DNA of 64,000 bases from Squalus acanthias (lineage: Eukaryota), in assembly GCA_030390025.1 (NCBI GenBank), contig CM059431.1, positions 103,418,001-103,482,000 of the forward strand, written 5' to 3'. Positions 51,385-63,166 of this stretch are shown piece by piece. A program made the position numbers and the translations under genes. The notes beneath the pieces were generated by a model. That model searched no databases and was not told where the DNA came from. It saw only the letters and a list, made by a program, of their open reading frames with translations. Positions within the stretch are counted from its first letter, which is position 1; each line of letters opens with the position of its first letter.

Positions 51385-52772
51385 ATACAAAAGCAAAACA
51401 CTGCGGATGCTGGAAATCTGAAATAAAAAGGGAAAATGCTGGAAACACTCAGCAGGTCAGGGCAGCATCTGTGGAGAGAGAAACAGAGGGCTCAATTTTC
51501 ACCGGCCCGTGGAGGTGGGTTTGGAGGTGGGAGTGGTGTGAAAATAGCAGATTCGGGGGTCCCGAACCCATCCCGTCCCCAACCCACCTTCATGCCAGTT
51601 TCCCAGGAGGCGGGTACCCGACCTGTGCTGGGACCCACCTCCCCGAGGCGGGAAGGGGATTAGTGCCAATAAACTGCCTGTTAACAGGTAGTTAACAGGC
51701 AGTTTTTTGCCTAATCCCTATTTTTAGCCCTGAAGTGTGGGCTTCCCGACAGGTCCGAACCACGCCGATTTAGCAAGGCGGACCGTCGGTCTGGAGGGCT
51801 TGGAGGGGTCGAGATGTCCGGTGTGCAGGTGAGTGATGGGTGCATGAGTGCAGAGGTAAGTGTGTTTGGTGTGTGTAAAGTGTTTTAAGAACTTTTACTT
51901 ACCTTAACTTTGTCCTGCAGGCTAGCTTCCTTAAGGTGTCGGGAGTCCCTCACATCCACGGCACAGAAAGCAGAATGGCCGCGGAGCTGTCAAAAGCTGC
52001 AGTCTCTGCTTTCTGTGCTGGATTGATTTCTAACTGAGTCTAAGTACAGGGACTCAAGTTAGAAATCATATTGTCAGTGTTTGACAGCTTCACAGAGCTG
52101 TCAAACGCTGAAATTTCATCTATCAAAAGCTCTTGACAGATGAAATTTCAATGGCTGATGTCACCTGTATCCAAGGGACACTTGATTGGCCTGCTAAGCC
52201 CGCTGGGTGGGCTTAACAAGGTCAATCAAGGAAAAATACAGTGGGTTGGCCACAAGTCGATGGAGGCGTGACTACAACCCAAAAAGTGGGAGTCCCGCCT
52301 CCATCACGTCCCCATTGACAAAATCCAGCCCAGAGGGTTAAACGTTTCAGGTCGATGACCTTTCATCAGAGCTGGAAAATGTTAGAGATGTAACAGATAT
52401 TAAGCAAGTGCAGAGGCAGGGAAAGGAGGGATGGGTGGAAGGAACAAAAGGGAAGGTCTGGGATAGGGTGGAAGGCAGGAGAGATTGAATAACCAAAGGG
52501 AGGATATTGCGAGGCAAAAGGAGATGGTAATGGGACAAGTAAAGAAACAAAAGATGGGTCTAGAAGAGGTGTAAATGGGAATGGCAGAATCATCAACAGC
52601 TGCCGTCCGAAAAAATGGGGGCAGAGGTTAAGGTCTGAAATTGTTGAACTCGATGTTGAGTCTGGAAGGCTGTAAAGTGCCGAATCGAAAGGTAATCGAG
52701 CTGAAACGTTAACTCTGTTTCTCTCTCCACAGATGCTGCCTGACCTGCTGAGTATTTCCAGCATTCTCTGTT
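51385..52772 (-). mobile_element. Second Penelope-like family, 3' fragment with inverted terminal copy; split by a MITE
   Basis: The reverse strand ends its ORF with FRFGTLQPSRLNIEFNNFRP* (~52630-52690). A hammerhead tctgatga-aaggtcatcgacct-gaaacg lies at 52341-52370 and an inverted copy of the terminus at 52698-52772. Fragments also occur at ~28570-28665 and ~54960-55125. Confidence 0.8.
51488..52331 (+). mobile_element. Harbinger-type MITE family A
   Basis: TIRs gggctcaatttt and aaaatccagccc with TSD aga. Confidence 0.87.
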
Positions 52773-52951
52773 ATTATACCAAAAACCATTGCTAGTTTCT
52801 CTAGAAATCCCACGGACATATTTGCCTTCACAAAAGAATGCAAAAAAACCCTAGTTACTAATATACAACAGGGACATAAATATATCTTACTATAATATAC
52901 AAAGTTACAAAAGGCTAATACATTTCTTCGCATTCAATAATATAACATATT

Positions 52952-53693
52952 GGGCCAAAAATTGATCCCGCGACGCGAGAGTACGCACTGCGTACTCTCG
53001 CGTATTCTCTCTCCAATTGCCGGTTTTCTGCATGCCCTGCGCATGCGCTGAAAACCGGCACTTGGTCTTTGGAAAAGGGGGCGGTTCCTTGGTGCATCGC
53101 GTGCGCGCTACAGGCTGCGCGCACGTTGTGCACTTCGTGCTTTGGACGCGCAGGTAAGGACGGAAGATTTTAGAAATGGAAAAAGGAGGAGTAAGACCCA
53201 CTTTTAACAAGGTAAGTAGTGAATTAAGTATTTTTTTGAATTTTTTTTAACAGGTATATCTTTTTTAGAGACTTTAAAGACAGGTAAGTTTATTTTTATA
53301 AATTTTTAAAAGATTTAAAATTTTTTCAAAAATTTAATTTTTTATTTAAAATGGTTAATTTATTTAACTATACTTATTTTATTAATGTGATGGTTTTTTT
53401 TAAATTTAATTGAGGTTTAGCTGTTATTTTGGGGGGGTGTAAGATTCATAGCTTTCACAGCACGTATGTGAAACTTATGAATGGAAGATGGTGTGCTGCC
53501 ATTGGCTCTAACTGAGTCACGTGATCCCACAGCTCGCACGAATTCACTACGCCGGTGGGATACGCAAGCACTGCCCAGCTGATGTCTGGAACATCAAGTT
53601 CGTGCGAGCTGGATCTGAAAAAGCCAACGCGGAGTGAGAGATCGCGCCTGCTCCTTACCCCCGCGGGAACAGAGCGAGATCAATTTCTGGGCC
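52952..53693. mobile_element. Harbinger-type MITE (family D-like)
   Basis: Ends gggccaaaaattgatc and gatcaatttctgggcc with TSD att. It shares the ccggttt...gcgcatgcgctgaaaaccggca palindrome with 39586-40309. Confidence 0.8.
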
Positions 53694-53697
53694 ATTA

Positions 53698-54858
53698 AAG
53701 AAAGAAAGTCTTGCATTTATATAGTGTCTTTCACAACCACTGGACGTCTCAAAGCGCTTTACAGTCAATGAAGTTCTTCTGAAGTGTAGTCACTGTTGTA
53801 ATGTGGGAAACATGGCAGCCAATTTGCGCACAGCAAGCTCCCACAAACAGCAATGTGATCATGACCAGATAATCTGTTTTAGCGATGTTGATTGAGGGAT
53901 AAATATTGGCCAGGACACCGGGGAGAACTCCCCTGCTCTTCTTTGAAATAGTGTCATGGGATCTTTTACAGCTACCTGAGAGGGCAGACGGGGCCTCGGT
54001 TTAACGTCTCATCTGATAGACAGCACCTCCGACAGTGCAGCACTCCCTCAGCACTGCACTGGAAATGTCAACCTAGATTTTTGTGCTCAAGTCTAATGGG
54101 GAGCAAAAATGGGTTGCTTTGCGCCTCCCGTTAGCTAAGAGGGCGCTAACGGGGCACAAAGCAACTAGCGCCTGGGCGCGGCGCCGCCCACGCCTCCCAC
54201 GAAATTCAGTGGGAGGTTCGCGGCAGCGTTAACTGGTAGCGCACTGCGGCGCTGACGTCATCGCCGTGCACAGCGCCCCGCTCTCGCCCCGGCCGCAATC
54301 TTCGGGAGCGCCCCCTGACTTACCGCCGGACGCTATGTCCGACGGGGTCAGGGGGGCCTACCTGCGGCCGGGGAGGCGCTATTTAAAGGCGAGGTGCGGA
54401 GCGGCCATTTTTGTTGCTGGCCGCCTGCCAGCACCTGCCTGCGCTCCCGTCCCCGGCCTCCTGAACGGCCCCCCCCACCCTGCGGAGTGCCGGCTGCGCT
54501 CCAAGAGTCCGGCACTTCTCTTGAGTGCCGGGCTCTTTTGCCGGCACTCCCGATTCCCAGGCGCCCAGCTAGGCCCCGAGTCACACTGCGCAGGGCCCCT
54601 CCCCTTTAAGAAGGGGAGGAAGGCCTGCAATACCGCGGTGCGACATGCCACGATATTGACTCGCAGTGCCCCAAGAGGGATGCGGGGTGCTTCCAGTAGC
54701 GTCCCCCTTCCCTCTTGGGGTGCAACCACTCAATTTCTGGTGCGGGGGCGCTAACTTTTCCGGGATGCTACTCAATGTTTAGCCCATGTAGTGGGACTTT
54801 GAACCCACAATCTTCTGACTCAGAGGCGAGAGTGCTGCACATTGAGCCACAGCTGACA
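53698..54858 (-). mobile_element. Full Deu-SINE interrupted by a GC-rich Harbinger MITE (54099-54785)
   Basis: The SINE tail and core run to 54095 and the head follows 54789. The MITE is flanked by atg/atg. Confidence 0.85.
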
Positions 54859-55182
54859 ACAGCTATTTGGGGGTTTAGCAGTAAGAAAGTCCATACAAAA
54901 TATGTAGCAAAACCTATAAAGTAAAATGTTCTTGTTATTACAGTCCTTCCCTTTGTTCTTTCCTCCCCTCCTCCCTGCCCCTGCTTAAAACTCTCTCTTC
55001 CCTAACCTTTTCCAGTGTTCACGAAGGGTTTGACCCGAAACGTTGATTCTGTTTCTCTCTCCTCGATGCTGCCTGACCTGCTGAGTGTTTCCAGCACTTT
55101 CTGTTGTTATTTCAGATTTCCAGCCTCCGCAAAAAATCAAAAAATCAAAAAATATTTTATCAGTTTGCAGGACTTGCTTCCT

Positions 55183-55592
55183 TGAGCCGTGGCTCAGTGG
55201 GTAGCACTCTCGCCTCTGAGTCAGATGGTCATGCGTTTAAGCCCCATTCCAGAGGGAGTACTGAGGAAGTGCTGCACTGTCGGAGGTGATGTCTGCTCTC
55301 TCAGGCGGACGTAAAAGATCTCACAGCCACTACTTCGAAGAAGAGCAGGGGAGTTCTCATTGGTGTTCTGGCCAATAATTTATCCCTCAATCAACATCAC
55401 AAAAAAAACCCTAATGTGGTCATTATCACACTGCTGTATGTGGGAGCTTGCTGTGCACAAATTGGCTGCCGCATTTCCCACATTACAACAGTGACTACAC
55501 TTCAAAAAGTACTTCATTGGCTGTAAAGCGCTTTGAGATGTCCTGAGGGCGTAAAAGGCGCTATAGAAATGCAAGTCTTTCTTTTTTCTTTT
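55183..55592 (+). mobile_element. Deu-SINE with internal deletions
   Basis: A box tggctcagtgg, partial core and L2-like tail. Confidence 0.85.
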
Positions 55593-56129
55593 CCTTGTAT
55601 CTGCAACGGTCCGCATTATTTCTTATCAGATACTTCAGGTATAATCTTACGAAGGCTCCATTTCGCCCTGGCTAACACACATGTTTCTCTCTCTCAGCAT
55701 CCTGACAATAGGCATCCTGACTTCGGACAAACTGACAGCTATATTCTTTACCAAGAAAGCGAGGGTTTCATTCCAATCCATTATTTTAGTCTTCTTTAAA
55801 ACAAGTAACCAAAAATCCCAAACCCTTCAGAGTGGGTAAATGGGGCAGGCCACACCTCACCTCTCTGCACTTACAATCCCCTTCCACTAGGAAGGAGAAT
55901 CTGCTTTAGAGATTTGTCTTGGTGATGTTGGAGAAGTTCCATACACAAGAGGCTGTCTGGAGACAGCCATTCGTTTTGTGGAGAGCCACTCTTTTACTCT
56001 TACTGCCGGATTAGAAATTATTCAGCTCAAGTTTGTTGGGCTAGTACATGATACATGGGAATTTCCTCAGAAACAGCCCCTGCCCTGCCAGCGTAACTTC
56101 ACTAGAAGTGCGACGGAAACTCAGACTAC

Positions 56130-56502
56130 TTGTGTTTTCAAATCTCTCCACGGCCTCACCCCTCCCTATCTCTGTAACCTCCTCCAGCCCTACAACCCTC
56201 CGAGATATCTGCGCTCCTCCAATTCTGGCCTCTTGCATATCCCCTATTTTCATCGCTCCACCATTGGCGGCCGTGCCTTCAGCTGCCTGGGCCCTAAGAT
56301 CTAGAATTCCCTCCCTAAACCTCTCCATCTCGCTACCTCTCTCTCCTCCTCAAGACGCTCCTTAAAACCTACCTCTTTGACCAAGCTTTTGGTCACCTGT
56401 CCCAATAGCTCCTTATGTGTCTCGGTGTCAAACTGTGTTTGATAATCGCTCCTGTGAAACGCCTTGGGACGTTTTACTATGAATGCAAGTTGTTGTTGTT
56501 GT
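56130..56502 (+). mobile_element. L2 LINE 3' end with (ttg)n tail
   Basis: It encodes VFKSLHGLTPPYLCNLLQPYNPPRYLRSS...GRAFS. Confidence 0.9.
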
Positions 56503-56699
56503 AAGTTTCTGATTCTAGGTCAGAAGAACTGATCGTGAATGACTGGCTTTCTTTTTTTTTAAGTTTGCTTTGCATCTGAAACAAAGTATGAGATTTTGAA
56601 ATGTGACATTTGGGATGGGGCAAATGTACACTCGGTTCAGGAGCTCTGGTTACTAGGTTAGCTTGTTTCTAATCTGGAGGTACTTTTCAAGGACACAAT

Positions 56700-57398
56700 G
56701 GGCTGGATTTTGATACTGGGGCGGGTTGGGGTTGTGTCATCCACTTTTTGTGTTATCCACCCGACTGCAATTGGATGTGGGAGATTGATGCGATTTTCAC
56801 CTAATTGAGCAATTGAGTTCCAGCATGTGGGAACCCATGACCCAATTAGTGTTTTCAGTCTGAAAGTCGCCTCTGATGATGTCATCATTGCTGCTGCATT
56901 GAAGGTCTGCAAAGACTGCCTGGCCTTTGCTGTGAGAGGACCTGGATGCAAAATGAGCAGCAGCAGCCCTAAGTCTGCTCCCAGATATTTTTGCACCACC
57001 ACTCCCAGATATGTCTCCCATCCACCACCACTCCCAGATATGTCATCCATCCATCCATCCATCCATTCATCCATCCATCCAGCCAGCCAGCCAGCATCAG
57101 CTATCCAAATGTGCTCCCGCCAGGTTTCACATTCGTGGTTCACAACAGGCGTGCTTCACGTAGAAAAAGGGTTAAAATCACAAAGGCCTTTCAAAATGGC
57201 ATTATAGAGGCAATTTAGGGCTTGTTAAGGGCCTTAACAGCCTATCCCGCCTCTTAGAGGCGGGACGGAGTCGGGACCAGCAGACACGATTTAATGAAAA
57301 TTGCGTGGAGGCAGGATGGAGGCGGGCTTGTGCCAGTTTTCGCAATTTTAACCCCCCACACGCCTCCAAACCCACCTCCACGGGTCAATGAAAATCCA
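56700..57398 (-). mobile_element. Harbinger-type MITE family B variant
   Basis: It starts gggctggattttgatact, is homologous to 45576-46335, and has a (ccat)n-containing core. Confidence 0.8.
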
Positions 57399-57769
57399 AT
57401 GACTCACTCATAATGATTGCCAGCACTTCACAAATCTCATCTCTAGTCTCTCAGCACCATGGGATAAATATCATTAATTCCCAAGGATCTGTTTGTTTGG
57501 AGCCCTATAAGCCCATCTAGGAATTTCTACCTTCTGCTGCCAAAGCCCATGAATCTGTTTGGATTAGCTCCATTAATGGAATGGGTGTTACTATAGCCTT
57601 CTCTTGTTAATACATCAAGGAAATGATCATTGAGTATGTTAACTATTCTCTGCTGATCCTAACTTGCATCAATTTGGCATCCTTTGAGTTTCTCACCTCT
57701 TTCTTTGGCTGTTTTAGTAATAGAAACATTTCTTGCTGCTGTGCTTGAAAGCTATGCTCATTCCCAGTT

Positions 57770-58780
57770 TCCTCTTTACCCTGTCCATGTATCTGAAGCA
57801 CTGCTTGAAGATGCCAATAGTATGCTTAGTAATGATCCTGGTGATTGCACTGGTACTGCTGTATTTGTGCTCTGCCTCTGCCCAAGTAACATTAATTTGA
57901 TTTGTGTCATTAGTCAGAGCTGAATACGGTAGCCTGGATCTCCAAGGGGCCATCAAAGCCTTTGCCTTCAAATAACACTTGCACAGATGTCTGGTGCAAA
58001 TGAAAACATCCTGATTTCTGCTTGGAAAGTGGACGTTAACCTGCATAAAAGGGTGTTGTTAATCACTCGCCAGCTGCACACTAATGAACTCGAATCCTTT
58101 TCCGTTTGTGTAGGCCACTGCATTGTGCTTAGGGGCCCTCTGATGTCATCTGAGTGCCATCAATCACTTTCTGTGCATCCAGATATCCAGCAGTCCATCG
58201 ACATTGGGCAGCCCTGCCAGGTTGCTGTTGTTGGGCCAATGGGAACATAAGAACATAAGAACTAGGAGCAGGAGTAGGCCGTACGGCCCCTCGAGCCTGC
58301 TCCGCCATTCAGTAATATAATGGCTGATCTTCTACCTCAAATCCACTTCCCCGCCCGATCCCCATATCCCTTGATTCCCTTTGTGCCCAGAAAGCTATCG
58401 ATCTCAGCCTTGAATATACTCAAGGACTGAGCATCCACAGCCCTCTGGGGTAGAGAATTCCAAAGATTCACAAGTGCTGGTGAAGGCATTGGTCCTTATG
58501 TCATGTGTTCGATCCATCTATGGACATCACATGGATTGAAAGGGTTAATTTCCTCTGCATTAACCTCTGGAAGGAACCAGAAATGTAAAAATGAGGGCTG
58601 TGAGTACCTTGATGGCCATCCCTGTGTTCAAGGTTGTTTTCATGTCTTTTTGAAGAAGTTAGCGCAGGCCCGTATTTGGCTCCTTACTAAACTTGAGCCT
58701 CCGTAGGCAGTGCTTCTCAGTCACTGCCAGATCGCTATGTCTGAGCTTTTGATGTTGTATAGCGGCGAGTACAGAGAGTA
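57770..58780 (-). pseudogene. Decayed, near-complete PIF/Harbinger transposase interrupted by a CR1 tail (58245-58472)
   Basis: Manual reverse translation gives EKHCLRRLKFSKE, AIKVLTAL..SGSFQ, AGY..QKVIDGTQM, RKGFEFISVQLASD, MQVNVHFPSRNQDVF and EAEHKYS...TRIITKHTIGIFKQCFRYMDR. These are colinear with the HARBI1/Harbinger DDE motifs. Confidence 0.85.
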
Positions 58781-58884
58781 CACCCTTGGCACCAGCTGAC
58801 ATTTTTGGCAGCTCCTCTTTTATCCTGCTCATCCTCCTGCAGTCCAGTCAAGTTTCTGGGATCAACAAAATGCAACCGCTATTA

Positions 58885-59680
58885 CATAAGAACATAAGAA
58901 ATAGGAGCAGGAGTAAGCCATTTGGCCCTTCAAGCCTGTTCCGCCATTCAATAAGATCATGGCTGATCTTCTACCTCATCTCCACTTTGCTGCCCGATCC
59001 CCATATCCCTTGATTCCCTTAATATTCAAGAATCTATCGACCTCTGTCTTGAATATGCTCTTTGTTGTAGCGAATAATGTGAATAGATTTTGTCTGGGTT
59101 TAAATTGTGAATTCTGGGAGATTCTCTCATTGCTAACTTACCTGACGAAGGAGCGACAGCTCCGAAAGCTTGTAAAATTAAATAAATCTGTTGGACTATA
59201 ACCTGGTGTTGTGCGACTTCTCATTTTTGTCCACCCCAGTCCAACGCCGGCATCTCCACATCTTGAATATACTCAACAGCCCTCTGGGGTAGAGAATTCC
59301 AAAGATTCACCACCCTCTGAGTGAAGAAATTTCTCCTCATCTCAGTCCTAAATGGCCGATCCCTTATTCTGAGACTGTGACCCCTGGTTCTAGACTCCCC
59401 AGCCAGGGGAAACAGCCTCCCTGCATCTACCCTGTCAAGCCCTGTAAGAATTTTGTATGTTTCAATGAGATCACCTTTCATTCTTCTAAACCCTAGAGAA
59501 TATAAGCCTAGTCTACTCAATCTCTCCTCATGGGACAATCCCCCCATCCCAGGAACCAGTCTGGTGAACCTTCGTTGCACTCCCTCTATGGCAAGTATAT
59601 CATCCCTTAGGTAAGGAGACCAAAACTGTACACAATACTCCAGATGTGGTCTCACCAGGGCCCTAGATAATTGCAGTAAG
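58885..59680 (-). mobile_element. CR1 3' fragment interrupted by a PLE
   Basis: ORF 59221-59814 contains the CR1 part, and the tail (aagaacat)n lies at 58885. Confidence 0.9.
59061..59260 (+). mobile_element. Penelope-like 3' fragment with hammerhead motif and ~14-bp TSD
   Basis: ctgacga...gaaagcttg at 59142, with TSD tcttgaatat(g/a)ctc at 59047 and 59261. Confidence 0.87.
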
Positions 59681-59911
59681 CTTCCAAGCATGCATTGCAT
59701 AGGTCCACCACATTCTGGTGCACAAGGTGCATTGAGTACGGAGTGTCTGCCTAGTTTATGCATTAAAGTCCTTGGATGGGGCTTCAAGCCACAACCAACA
59801 ACAACAACTTGCATTTATATCGCGCCTTCAAAATAGTAAGGTATCCCAAGGCACTTCACAGGTGCGTTATCAAACAAAATTTGACAACAAGCCACATAAG
59901 GAGATATTAGA

Positions 59912-60285
59912 GACCTGAGCACATAATCTAGGCTGACACTCCCAGTGCAGTGCTGAGGGAGTGCTGCTCTGTCGGAGGTGCCGTCTTTCGGATGAGACGT
60001 TAAACCGAGGCCCCGTCTGCTCTCTCAGGTGGATATAAAAGATCCCACGGCCACTGTTTCGAAGAAGAGCAGGGGGAGCCAATATTTATCCCTCAACCAA
60101 CATTACTAAAACAGATTATCTGGTCATTATCACAGTGCTGTTTGTGGGAGCTTGCTGCGTGCAAACTGACTGCCGCGTTTCCTTAAATTACAATAGTGAC
60201 TTCAAAAAGTACTTCATTGGTTGTAACGCGCTTTGGGACGTCCTGAGGTCATGAAAGGCGCGATATAAATGCAAGCTCTTTCTTT
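59912..60285 (+). mobile_element. Deu-SINE, 5'-truncated, abutting a reverse L2 tail (~59795-59912)
   Basis: Deu core and L2-like tail. Confidence 0.85.
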
Positions 60286-60877
60286 ATATCCTAATTTAAA
60301 TGAAAGAAGATTCAGATTTGTCTGACTGGGCAAATTTAATGTGTACCTATTTTTAATGTTTTTCTAATTGAGTGAAAAGCATAAAGTGCATTTCGGGTAT
60401 TCTCTCGTTTGCTGAGCACCTTTTATGAGCTTGTCCATTCAGGATAACCTTATCTTCATGGATGAAGTGAATCCTGATGGTCTGACCTTTTGGTTGCTCA
60501 GAGAGCGTGGGGTAAAGTTACATCATCAAAAAGCAGAAGCTTCTGCTGCGAGCACTCAAAAGATGCCTACAATTTCTTTCACAGAAAAATATATGTGAGC
60601 CCATTGCTTCACTTAACAGCTTCTCTCAAAGGATAGCTCATGTAAAATTCATCGAATGACGCACAGCAATAGATCGGAACCACAGACTGGCAGGGAGGGC
60701 GATAACTGCGGTAGATTATGTCAGTGACACTGACAAAGGCAAAGCTTTGGGGAAGTGAATTCATTGATGGGTTTAGAGATGAAGTACCGTTCAGAGTTGT
60801 CATTTTCCGTACTAGTAATGCGATACCACTTTTGATCACTTTTTATTAGACTGCACACACAGACAGAGGGGGTTACT

Positions 60878-61390
60878 ATAAGAACATAAGAAATAGGAGC
60901 AGGAGTCGGCCATTCGGCCCCTCGAGCCTGCTCCGCCATTCAATAAGATCATGGCTGATCTGACCTTGGCCTCAACTCCACCTTCCTGCCTGTTCCCCAT
61001 AACCCTTGACTCCCCTGTCGTTCAAATATCTGTCTATCTCCGCCTTGAATATATTCAATGACTGAGCCTCCACAGCTCTCTGGGGTAGAGAATTCCAAAG
61101 ATTCATGACCCTCTGAGAGAAGAAATTCTCCTCATCTCCGTCTTAAATGGATGACCTCTTAGTCTGAGACTATGCCCCCTAGTTCTAGATTCCCCACGAG
61201 GGGAAACATCCTTGCAGCATCTACCCTGTCCAGCCCCCTCCGAATCTAATATGTTTCAATGAGAGCACCTCTCATTCTTCTAAACTCCAATGAGTATAGG
61301 CCCAACCTGCTCAACCTTTCCTCATAAGACAACCCCTTCAACTCAGGAATCAGCCTAGTGAACCTTCTCTGAACTGCCTCCAATGCAATT
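60878..61390 (-). mobile_element. CR1 LINE 3' fragment
   Basis: (aagaacat)n tail and a CR1 3' UTR and C-terminus, like 10626-11290. Confidence 0.9.
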
Positions 61391-61789
61391 ACCCATGACG
61401 TTCAGATACGCGTGCAGAGCACGGACATCATTGCATATGACATCTAGTTGATACAGAAGTTATTGAGAACGGCACACGGGGAGGTAGCAAGGCTTGAATA
61501 ATGCAACAAACAATCGCAAGCCTGTAAGTTATCATCTGTAACATGGGGTACATAGTTGCAATAACCTGCCTTGTCACAGAAAGCCTCACTTTTCCCTCCA
61601 TCAGAAAACGTGTTCCCAACGACAACGACTTGCATTTATATAGCGCCTTTAAAGTAGTAAAACATCCCAAAGTGCTTCACAGGAGCGTTATCAAACAAAA
61701 TTTGACACCGAGCCACATGAGGCGATATTAGGACAAGGGAGCTTGGTCAAAGAGGTAGGTTTTAAGGAGTGTCTTAGCACTTCTTACTC

Positions 61790-62462
61790 AGCAAGTAATT
61801 AGGAAGGCAAATGGAATGTTAGCCTTTATTGCAAAGGGAATGGAGTATAAAAGTAGGGAAGTCCTGTTACAACTGTACAGGGCGTTGGTGAGACCACACC
61901 TGGAGTACTGCGCACAGTTTTGGTCTCCTTATTTAAGGAGGGATATACTTGCATTGGAGGCAGTTCAGAGAAGGTTCACGAGGTTGATTCCGGAGATGAA
62001 GGTGTTGTCTTATGAAGAAAGGTTGAGAAGGTTGGGCCTATACTCATTGGAGTTTAGAAGAATGAGAGGGGATCTTATTGAAACATATAAGATTCTGAAG
62101 GGGCTTGACAGGGTAGATGCAGAGAGGATGTTTCCCCTCATGGGGGAATCTAGAACTGGGGGGCATAATTTCAGAATAAGGGGTCGCCCTTTTAAATTGG
62201 AAATGAGGAGGAATTTCTTCTCTCAGAGGGTCGTGAATCTTTGGAATTCTCTACCCCAGAGAGCTGTGGAGGCTGAGTCATTGAATATATTTAAGGTGGA
62301 GATAGACAGATTTTTGAATGATAAGGGAGTGATGGGTTATGGGGAGCGGGCAGGGAAGTGGAGTTGAGGCCAAGATCAGATCAGCCATGATCTTATTGAA
62401 TGGCGGAGCAGGCTCGAGGGGCCAAATGACCTATTCCTGCTCCTACGTCTTATGTTCTTATG
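61790..62462 (+). mobile_element. CR1 3' fragment inserted in a reverse L2 tail (61615-61776 and 62463-62490)
   Basis: ORF 61816-62367 is CR1. The sequence tgtctta is repeated at both junctions. Confidence 0.92.
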
Positions 62463-62704
62463 TCTTAAAGGAGGAGAGAGTGGTAGAGGTACCATGAAGG
62501 TTAAGTGAGGATCAAATCACCTCCATTTTTACCAGTTTATTCAGTTTGCAACTATAAAATGTGTTGAAAAATCATTGCTTATGCTCTTATCCCCATGATA
62601 TTTTTCACATATCTGTTTTTATTCCCAAATGGTGGTCCAATAGTTTATGTTGTTCTGCATTTGACCAGTAGGTCTAGATAGAGGGGAATCCTGTACACTG
62701 CAGA

Positions 62705-63166
62705 AAAAAGAAAGACTTGTATTTCTATAGCGCCTTTCACAACCTCAGGATGTCCCAAAGCGTTTTAGAGCCAATGAAGGACTTTATGAAGTGGAGCCAC
62801 TGTTGTATTGTAGGAAACGCGGCAGCCAATTTGTACACAGCAAGCTCCCACAAACAGCAATGTGATAATGACCAGATAATGTTTTTTAGTGATGTTGTTT
62901 GAAGGATAAATATTGGCCAGGATACCAGAGAGAACTCCCCTGCTCCTCTTTGAAATAGTGCCCTGGGATCTTTTACGCCCACCTGAGAGAGCAGACGGGG
63001 CCTTGGTTTACCGTCTCAACTGAAAGACGGCACCTCCGACAGTGCAGCACTCCCTCAGTGGAGTGTCAACTGAGATTTTTGTGGTCCAGTCTCTGGAGTG
63101 GGACTTGAATGCACACCCTTCTAACTCACAGAACGAGAGTGCTACCCACTGAGCCATGACTGACAC
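62705..63166 (-). mobile_element. Full-length Deu-SINE
   Basis: It is the reverse complement of 14063-14536. Confidence 0.9.

Noticed and set aside
57770..58780. Domesticated HARBI1 host gene
   Set aside because: Stops, frameshifts and a CR1 insertion show it is a decayed transposon copy.
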